Notes under the pieces: generated by a model
The model's database searches: none
Seen by the model: only the letters and a program-made list of their open reading frames with translations
Told to the model about the DNA's origin: nothing
Origin: Octopus vulgaris
Taxonomy: Eukaryota
Direction: 5' to 3'
DNA length: 64,000 nucleotides
NCBI GenBank assembly: GCA_951406725.2
Contig: OX597819.1
Coordinates: 90,892,001 to 90,956,000 of the forward strand
Part shown: positions 54,301-64,000 of the stretch, in pieces
Layout of the letters: every line of letters starts with the position of its first letter
Position numbering within the stretch: position 1 is the first letter of the stretch
Program-made: the position numbers and the translations under genes

Positions 54301-54370
54301 TTTTAAAACATTTAGTTTTATTTTCAGTTCTTCAAACGGTTCACTGGATGAAGGAAAATAAACTCTGTTA

Positions 54371-55510
54371 TCTAGGTGACACAATTAGTTCATGAGATGG
54401 GAATTACTGATAATAAAGGGCGTTTGGGATAAATATGATGATTTTTTTTATGTCTTCCTTTTTTTTTTTCAGGAACAGCTTGATGTTGTGGTGAACAGTC
54501 AACAACGTTGGAGAGCATAAAGATTAAAGTTGTAATTGAGAAAAAGTTCACTGATGTGGACGACTGGAATCTATTTGAATATTGGAAAAGCCTTACCTGT
54601 GTCATGATGATTCACATCTGGTATCAAATTGCCAACATCATGGCTCAATGCTCAGTGAACACTATAAAAGCTTTAAGACATGACATGGACAATATGGAAA
54701 CAAAGTTCCTCAAAAGTGTAACGGCCTTTGGGTGTGTCTCTTGTGAAGGTGAGGTCATGCCATCTAACATCTTTCAACAGAGCTTTAGGTTTAATTCAGA
54801 TGGCTATATGAAGCTGCTGGAGACCGTGTGATTCAACTGTGCCTGGAGGGGGTTGCTGTTGGAAGGCTATATATGGTGGCAACAGGATTCAGCTACTTGC
54901 CACACCTCAAGAAAAAACCAGAAGTGATTGTGAGAGAGTTTCTGTGACTTCACTAGTACCAATTTCTGACCTTCTTATTCCCTGATTATAACCCTATGGA
55001 TCACCATGAATGGGGCGTGGTTGAGTAAGACACCAACCACTCTGCCTGCAACATCGAAGCCAAGCTGGTAGCCAAGGTCAATAAGATGTTTGAAGACCTT
55101 CCTAAGGACACAGTGAGGAATACATGCACCAGGTTCTGGAACAATCTTGATGCTGTGGTGGAAGCTGAGAGCAACTATATTGAGTAAATTGTTATCCCCC
55201 AGTCATAATCTACTTTTATGTTTGGATAATATGATGTGTTTTCTGTTACTTTAACCCTTTCGTTACTATATTTATTTTGAGATGCTCTGTGTTTCTTTCA
55301 AATTACTTTAAATATAACAGAGAATTTAGAAAATAACTTAGTTATCATTCAGCTAGTGTTAGGAACATAAATTGTGACTAAGGTTTGGTGGAAGATTTTA
55401 ATTCAAAGCTTATGAAAACAAGACAATTGTATTTAGAACCAGAGCCGGTTTCAGCAGGGTTGGTAACAAAAGGGTTAAGGCAAACTGTCAACTTTATCCT
55501 GAACATCCTG
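54371..55510 (+). mobile_element. Degenerate Tc1/mariner-superfamily (maT-like) element related to 7567-8286; a similar remnant lies near 47090-47640
   Basis: Remnants FGCVS.EG.VMP..IF, WQQDSATCHTS, SPDYNPMD...WG; right end CATCCTG-TA. Confidence 0.6.
55255..55474. mobile_element. piggyBac-type MITE family 2 (fragments also near 21484-21563 and 52720-52905)
   Basis: TTAA TSD on both sides; TIR CCCTTTCGTTAC / GTAACAAAAGGG. Confidence 0.8.
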
Positions 55511-56156
55511 TAGTATGGCTAGAGGGTTAGAGTGGAGGCGTAAAGCGTTTGTGAATCTGCTAATACAGTGAAGTGTAACGAACTATGGTGCAGTATAGAA
55601 GTGGAACATGAATTGTTAATGCAGAATATCTTGAGTGAATGAAAAGGCTGAGAATGATATCTTAAATGAGTAAATGAGTAAGGTAAAAATCTATGAAACC
55701 AAGAGAGACTGGGTGAAAATTATAGAAATACAATAAGATCTCATATAACCAATATAATAGTTGTAAAACTTCAATTAATTAAGATTATCTTTGAAATTAA
55801 TAAACAAAACTCTTTCTAAGACTATCTAGAATATTACGACAAAAAGCAACAGAGATAATTCTAATAAAATCAGCTGACTGAAATTTTGGAAATAATGTAA
55901 ACTATACAGATGACAATGGATCTGGTCTATAAAAACAACACAAGAAAGCAATGGACATGTTTAGATCATACAGGTGTGGCAATATATGGTTAAGAAGCTC
56001 ACTTCTCAACCATATGATTCTAGATTCAGTCCCACAGCATGGCACCTTGGACAACTGCCTTCTACAAGAGACTAGGGTTGACCAAAGCCTTGTGAATCGA
56101 TTTGGTAGACAGGTCTGCATAATATACAATAAAAAATGCATCCATTATGTTAAACC

Positions 56157-57288
56157 TGTAGTAAACGACCATACGTAAAGGAATTGGTGACAGAAATGTC
56201 TCCTTTTTAAATGCTGCGTGGTCGCCCTTACAAAAGAATAAGCCAAATGTATGGCATAAAGGAATAAAGAGTACCAGTAAGGAATAAGGAGAACAACACA
56301 ACCGTTCTACTGTTTGAGAGAAATATAGACTTTTATTTTACAGATGTGTACGTAGTGATAAGAGCAAGTGTGAGCGCTAGCCAAGTGTAGTGTCTGAGTG
56401 CGCGCACATATGTTTCTGTGTGTCTGTTGTAAGTGCAATAACGGTGTGTACAGCAAAAGTTTGTCTGTGTGTTCGTGTGTGTTGTAAGAGCGAACATGAA
56501 GAACAAAATAGAGAACAAATTGAAATGTCCAGACACAAGATGGTGATAAATATCAGTTCGTAGAGGTACACAATAGCAGTTTGTTCTGTGTCAATGAAGT
56601 TGGGGCGAAGAGGAGAGCAGTTACTATGCCTGTAGAAGTTGGGCTTTGATCCATTTGCCAGGTTACATCGGTACAGAAGATCTCGCTGGTAGTGCTGTGC
56701 TGTTAACCTGTGTGTGTATACACGAACAGTGTATACACGAACTTGAGCAAGTTGCTGTGTACGTATTGGTGTTGCTGGAAACGACGTGAAGTTGAAGGGC
56801 GACGATAAGCTAAGGCATCGGTGTTGATGGCAGTGTCAAAGTGAAGTCAACGATGGTGATGGCGACGGCAGAGAAGGGTGATGTTGAGATGAAGGTGACG
56901 GTGGTGGAGACGTCCTGCGTTGCTGGTGTATGTTGGCGTCTTCACTAGCTGGAGCAGGAACATGGTTGGGTTACTGGCTGTAGTAGGAACATGGCTGGGT
57001 CACTGGAACTGGCATCATCGAGGGAACTGGCTGGTCTGGCGTAGTCAATGGTCAGAGACCAAAGACCCAGATTCACTGGATCGTTGGGTTTTTATAACAT
57101 TCTAGAGACTCCAGAAGAAAACCCAAAAGACTGTATCACATAATCTTAATGGAAGGTTCTGATTGGTTGGTTCACACATTGATGCGAAATAAGTCAAGAG
57201 ACAAACTGCGCCAATGCCAACCAATCAGAACAGTGGACACAACAGTGTCCAAATAGCGGCCAAAAGTTAACTGTCATCTGCTACGACA
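56157..57288 (-). mobile_element. Putative solo LTR
   Basis: Minus strand TGTCGTAG...TTACTACA termini, paired CCAAT boxes (57157-57231), TATAAAA near 57090, AATAAA near 56332, and CpG-rich relative to the flanks. No clear TSD found. Confidence 0.4.
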
Positions 57289-57399
57289 TTATTTCTAATA
57301 TACATCTCAAACAGTGAGGATATCACTGAGCTATGCTACAAACCTTTCTGATTTAAAACATTTGAAACTATGAAGCAGTTATGGAAATATTTCAATATA

Positions 57400-57969
57400 C
57401 AGTAATGCCTCCGTATATGAGTTAATTTGTTATTGGAGACCACTTGTAAAGTGGTCAATTGTAAAACAGTGTAATAATTTCCCATAGTAGCAATGTTATA
57501 AATCGTAGTTCATTCTCAGAAAAATATTTTACCTATAAAATTTATAACAACTTGTAAGTAAATGGCAATAAAGCAACAGTAGAATGTAAAGAATATTTTA
57601 TGTAAAGTAAAAAGAATGTCAAGATCATTTATAATAAAAAATATTATTATAATCGTTTTGTAAATCACTTTCATTCACATTAGACTCACACACACCATCA
57701 CTTGTAAACATGAATGCCAATTCACAAGCCCTCGTGGATGGACTTGTAGATTTCTTTTTAAAAAACAAGTCTGAAGTTGTTTGCTTAGAAGAAGCTTTTA
57801 CTCTGTCGCTATATACAACTGTGTAGATGTGTCAGGACCAGTGTTGCCACATGTTGCGCTGTTGCCACACACATAAAATGGGTGTTTAACCTTTTTATAT
57901 TCATCATAAAATAAAACTTGCAAATCTTGGGTCTCATAAAGCAGGTCTTTGTAAAGTGAGATATTACTG
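57400..57969. mobile_element. Tigger/pogo-type MITE
   Basis: TA-flanked TIRs CAGTAATGCCTC / GAGATATTACTG. Confidence 0.6.
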
Positions 57970-58336
57970 TATATGGTCAGAGCTGTAAGATGGCTACAAA
58001 GTTAGGAGAATAAATATGTATTTAGAGGGGGATAAAGAAGGGAGTGTAAAAGAGAGAAAAAGAACAGAAGGATATAGAAAGTGAGGTAGTGTGGAAAGGA
58101 AAGAAAGGAAAATGTACAGGTGAAAAGTATTGAAAGGAGATGGGATAGGTGTATCTGAATGTTTTCATACAAAATCTATGAAAAAGGATAAAGAGTAATG
58201 AATTGAGAAGGTCAAGAATTAGTAGGAGATAGGAAGGAAATGAACCAGGTGTCAGGGTGTGGTTAAGAGTTTTAGTAGGGAATGGAATTCATAGTATATG
58301 GCCTTGAACATATTAGTGGTGGCTTTGGACTAAATG

Positions 58337-58497
<161 letters not shown>

Positions 58498-58503
58498 AAT
58501 AAT

Positions 58504-59930
58504 AAGTACCTAGGGGTAATTGAAGGGAATGGAATAAGGCATTCAGAGATGAAGGAAAGGATCAGGAGAGAATGCTATCGAAGAGTGAGAGCAATACTCA
58601 AGACAGAGCTGAATGCAAGAAACAGGATTGAAGCGGTCAATTACTGAAATATGTCAGCTCGACAGAAAAATAAGAAAACTGTTGACAATGCATAGAATGC
58701 ACCACCCTAAGGCAGATACAGAACGACTTTATCTGCCAAGAAAAGAGAAAGGCCATGGTCTTTTGCAACTGGCAATAACAATGAAGATTGCTACAATTGG
58801 CCTAGACACCTACCTGAAAAAGTCTGAGGACTGGATGTTAAAACTTGTCTCAAAACATGAAAACAAGAAAGCATCATACTCAGTAACAAAACAGGCAAAG
58901 GAATATCTAAGTGAATTCCGAATACAACCAATTTCGGAATTAGAGATAGACATACAAGAAACAAGCACAGAAAAAGCTAGGCGCATGAAAACCCGTGCCA
59001 AAACTGCGGCCTTAGATATTCTGAATAATAAATGGCAAGAAAAACCTCTCTATGGCAAATACCCAAAGAGAGCGAATAATGCAGATATTGACAAAGCCCT
59101 GAGCCATCAATGGCTAATGGCCTCTGGCTTAAAATCTGAAACAGAGGGGTTTATCATAGCAGCTCAAGATCAATGCCTACCAACAAGAAACTACCAGGCC
59201 AACATATTAAAGAATGGCAGTAGCCCAACATGTCGTGTATGCCGACAACAAAATGAAACCATTGATCATGTTGTCTCCAAATGCAGTCTTCTAGCGCCTA
59301 CAGAGTACCTCAACAGGCATGATAGAGCTGCACAATATATTCACTGGGTAATTTCCAAAAACCTGGATTTGCCCCATGAAAAAAACTGGTGGCAACACAA
59401 TCCACCTCCAGTGCTTGAAAATGACCACATCTCACTCCTCTGGAACTTCACCATTCAAACTGACAGAAAGATAAATGCAAATAGGCCAGACATCATATTG
59501 AAAGACTTCAGACAAAGAACATGCCTCCTCATTGATATGACTGTCCCAATCGATATAAACGTATCTGTCAAGACCTACCAAAAACTGAGCAAATATAAAG
59601 ATCTTGAAATAGAAATCAGCAAAATGTGGAAGGGACTGATTGCTACCTAACTCAGATACCAGGAAACCCCAAAATGGCAGAAATTCAAAAGATAGTGCTC
59701 ATGGGAACTGCTCATATCCTATGCAAAATACTCTCTATGTAATCCCAAGGTTTAAAACAAACTTTTTTTTTTTTATGTATTAGACATTCACTAGTACAAC
59801 ACCAAAAAAAACCAATATATGGCACACTAGGCATAACAACAATGTGAACTTCCAGCCTGTTGTCTCTTGAGGTCTCTGGGTGAGACTTGGAGCCAACTTG
59901 TACAGACATAAAGCAAAAGTCAAACATAGA
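58504..59930 (+). mobile_element. 5'-truncated R4/Dong-clade non-LTR retrotransposon with restriction-like endonuclease
   Basis: KYLG; RLYLPRK..G.GL; AAQDQ.L.TR; zinc knuckle CRVC...ETIDHVVSKC; RHD; RPDII..D; LID. Flanked by (AAT)n on both sides, the established Dong target. Internal deletions near 58645 and 59630. Confidence 0.88.
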
Positions 59931-60374
59931 ATAATAATAATAATAAATGCCCTGATGCAGTACCAGGCAGTGGCTCTCATGGCTTCTGATCTTAACTGAT
60001 TGGAAGTGTCATCATGTATATTGTTTTGTCTTGGTGTAAAAGATGGGCTACAGCAAATATTCTGCTCAATACCACGGGTTTGCTTGTCAGTTGTTTATTA
60101 TGTATGTATTATGTATGTATGTATGTATGTATGTATGTATGTATGTAGCTGTGTATGTATGTAGCTGTGTAGTAAGATGGTTGCTTCCTAACCACATGGT
60201 TCCAGGTTCAGTCCTACTGCATGGCATCTTAAGTAAATGTCTTCTACTATAGCCTTGGACAGATCAAACCCTTGTGAGTGGATTTGGTAGATGCAAACTT
60301 AAGGAAGCCTGTTGTATATATATATATATATACACACATGCACACACATATGTATATATATGTATGTGCATATG

Positions 60375-60414
<40 letters not shown>

Positions 60415-60910
60415 TGTGTGTGTGTTTGTGTCTGTGTTTGTCCTCCCACCAATGCTTGACAACCAATGTGGGTGTGTTTACATTCCTGTAACTTAGTGGT
60501 TCAGCATAAAAGATCAATAGCATAAGTACTAGCCTTCCATCTTATTTTGATATTTATAGGAGTGACTGTCTTTGTAGACTCATATTGTGGTTGATTGCTC
60601 AAAATGGGGAGTAGATAGACAGCCGACAACTGATGAAGGGTCATTCTTTGTATTACTTGTCTTTCTTTTTTCTCTCGTTATTTGTGTATTTAACTCATTT
60701 GTTTTTGGATTTCATGTTGTTGACTGTTGGTGACATCCTGTACCCATATATGTATATATATATATATTAGAAGGTTTGGATATGATACACAGGTATTTTA
60801 TATTAGAAGAAATGAGGTACTCAGAAATTCGGATGGTTTTATATTTACAGATATTTATTTGTATATTACATGTTTTTATACATCATATAACTTATATCAT
60901 ATATCATATA

Positions 60911-60948
60911 TTAGCGCTTTCGTCCATTCTAGTGGATTTTTCAAACTG
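60911..60948 (-). ncRNA. Hammerhead-like motif (UUGAAAA core) in a minus-strand PLE 3' remnant (about 60765-61383)
   Basis: Minus strand: AGT TTGAAAA ATCCA-ctagaa-TGGAC GAAA GCGC TA A. Upstream translation LDPLGVNILTN resembles a PLE C-terminus. ~73-bp direct repeat at 60974-61047 and 61310-61383. Confidence 0.55.
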
Positions 60949-61069
60949 AACTAAGTTCCTGTGTGGAAAAATTTTTGACCATTTTATTGTGTTATTGAGT
61001 GTGTAGTGGTGTGGAGGGATATACGATAGTACAAGAGGGTGATGAATGGGGAGAAAGTGAGAGAGAGCA

Positions 61070-61155
<86 letters not shown>

Positions 61156-62769
61156 CTTGTGTGTTTTTGTATCTGAAAGAAAGTGTTAAAGAATAAGAAA
61201 GGAATGAAGAAAAGGGAGAGAGGGAAGAAGAAAAAATTGTTTTGCTGGTTTCTTTTGTAGTTGGTCAGGATGTTTACTCCAAGGGGGGTCTAAGATCTAG
61301 GGGAAAAAATTTGACCATTTTATAGTGTTATTGAGTGTGTAGTGATGGGGAGGGATATAAGATAGTACAAGAGGGTGATGAATTATATATATATAATATT
61401 ATTATTTAATTGAACACCATGCATCCATTTCCATGTAAGTTTATATATTTATATATATATATACATACACACACACACATACATGTCTCTTTGTGTTTGT
61501 ATATATGCATTTACATATATACATGCATACATGAGGTATATAACACATACACACACATACACATTATAATCCTCTATTAGAAATTGGAAGCTTTCTTGTA
61601 GATTGCTCAATAATGAGTGACATTTCTAAATTCAAAGATAGTTCAGGACTGAATCATCTCTCCAGCTATTTCTCTTCCCTTCCCTTCTCCAATATGCTTA
61701 CTCACTAACCCTAATCTCACTTACTTGCTCCTATGATGAAGGCCACCTCCACCACCAACCCTTCACAGAGTCTTCCCTTTCCTCAGGCATGTATTGTCAT
61801 TACACAGACAACCTTGATTGTCAGATCTGTATATCTGACATATGAATGATGGCCACCAAAAGAAAAACAAAAAACAAAACAAAAAACATTCTGCAAGAAG
61901 AATTGACAGTATATTCTTTTCAGTATCACCACAAAATGCTGACATGATGTATCTTGTAAATAATTTTTGAAAATCCACATTGAGAGATACTTCATACATT
62001 TTCCTCTCTATCATGCCAGAAATGGTATAGCTAATTTGCAAACCCTACCCTGATCCCATCATATATTTTTGCATGTGTATGTGTGTGTGTATACACACAC
62101 ACATACTTACATACACACATATATGTATGGCAGAATTTCAGATCAGGATGCCCACATAAGTTTGTTGCTCTCCACTTTGATGGCGATTTTTACAATTTTT
62201 TGCTTTTTGCCCATGGCTTTTGAAATGATGATGGTGAGGAATCTTTTTATGAAAAAAATTTTTTGAAAATTTATGATATTTTCTTCTTACTTCACCCACT
62301 TCACCACCCCCATCTGGACCGATTTTGTCAATTTTTTTGGTGCTACAAACGTAAAAACCATGGGAGAAGCCTTTTTGAGAAAAAAAAAAAAAAAGAAATT
62401 GTAAAAATTTTCAGACAAAAAGGTGTGTAATTTAAGGGAGATTTAACTGTTGTTTCTAGCACATCCCACAACCACCTTCCTCGTTTCTTTGTCACTCTCA
62501 CACGTATTGATGTATTTTCATATTTTTCTACCCTCTCTGTTAATAATCCCTAGGGGTGGGACCTTTTCTTTATCTTGCAGCTTTTTTGGTGACCTCATTA
62601 ATGCTGGTGCCATGAGAAAAAAACACCCAGCAGACTCTGTAGAATGGTTAGTAAAGGTCATCCAGCTGTAGAAACTACATCAAAGCAGACACTGGAGCTC
62701 GATGCAGTCCTCCAGCTTGTTGGATCCTGGCAAACTGTCCAACACATGGGAGATAGATGATAAATGATA

Positions 62770-62800
<31 letters not shown>

Positions 62801-63340
62801 CGATGACGACGACAACAATGACAACGATGGTGATGATGATGTTGGTATATATACACACACTTTGTTATTGCCTTTTCTTCACTCCATAATTTCAAGGTAG
62901 ACTTTTTCTACTGATACACATTTAACTTGTTCTCTGGGTCTTAAGTTCTTAGTTGTCTTCCACCACCCACTGGGAAGCTGTAAAACCAAGCTGATGAAAA
63001 GAGTAAAGCCCAGTGAGAAAGGAAATCCTGGTTAAGATATGTTGAATGTATGATGGACAATAAAATCGGAAGAGGAGAATGTTGTTGCATATTAAGTTCA
63101 GGAATGCTACATGTAATGCAGTTGAGGCTGCAAGCATTGTAATTCTTTAGATATAAAGAAATAGAACTCTGGCTATAGGTGTGGGAAGCTAAATCTCCAG
63201 GCCGCTTTGGATGTTACCTTTGTTTAATCAAAACAACATAGGATGAGATTGAACAAAGTGTAAAGATTATACTGCTGTTGAAATTTTAACTGAAAAGTAC
63301 TGATTCTGTTTGTAGATTTTGTAGCTCCATTAAACAAACG

Positions 63341-63390
<50 letters not shown>

Positions 63391-64000
63391 AAAGAAAAAT
63401 TTCTAAATTGGAAGATTAAAAAATATACCACACAAATTTTGTTGTTGAAGCATTAATTTCAATCTTCATCCTGGAGTGAAACTTTTCTCTGGTTTAACAC
63501 AAAACATAAAATATTCCAGCTGTTGACATAATAAAAACATTTTCGTTTGGTAAGAATTATATTTAAGAAGCCAGTAAAGCGTAATGTGAGCTAAAGATAA
63601 ATCCCTTCCCTGAGCTTACATGACTCACTGGTCTGGTTTTTATCTCCAGTTTCTGCAGTGTTAAACAGATAGATGGAAGGTATGTCTTCCTTGAGATAAG
63701 AGGTTAATCAATAACAGGTCAGCTTTCTAGATGGTTTAGTACTAGGTTTCTAGGTTTCTAGTTAGGTAGACTGATTATAAGAGTTGAAAAGTAGTAAATA
63801 CTTACCAGTAAACAGAGTCTGCTATGCAGGTTGAATTCTTGGTCAATCCATTTTACTTATTTGCTAACTCTTTGGCCCTACAATTTCCAGTTGTGGTCAA
63901 CGCTGTCATGGTGACTTGTTCATGTTGCATCATAATGATATATTTGGTCTGTGGAGGTGCATAGCTTAGTGGTTAGGGTATTTGGTTTGTGATCACAAGA

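Overview
This is AT-rich, microsatellite-saturated animal intergenic or intronic DNA. The SINE repertoire resembles Octopus (an inference, not checked against a database). No intact host protein-coding gene is supported, and nearly all short ORFs in the track are translations of (TA)n, (CA)n or (GAT)n arrays. The window is a mosaic of transposable elements: a very young Neptune-clade Penelope-like element (RT + GIY-YIG, 1549-5136) with a ~980-bp inverted pseudo-LTR, a full-length mariner, a pogo/POGK-like remnant, a Dong/R4 LINE in a (TAA)n array, gypsy and RTE fragments, hAT, piggyBac and Tigger MITEs, Helitron/Helentron-like elements, and at least four SINE families. The main hidden signal is RNA-structural. 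At least eight minimal type-I hammerhead-ribozyme-like motifs from about five Penelope-derived families are present, and all have non-canonical cores (UUGAAAA with a U3-A8 swap, CUGUUGA+A, CCGCCGA+A). Four further elements carry the two hammerhead core halves in reversed order at a fixed 24-25 nt spacing. A repeat-free island at about 36.3-39.1 kb holds a TATA-Inr candidate promoter and possible small exons. Coordinates were read by eye; SINE boundaries are approximate.
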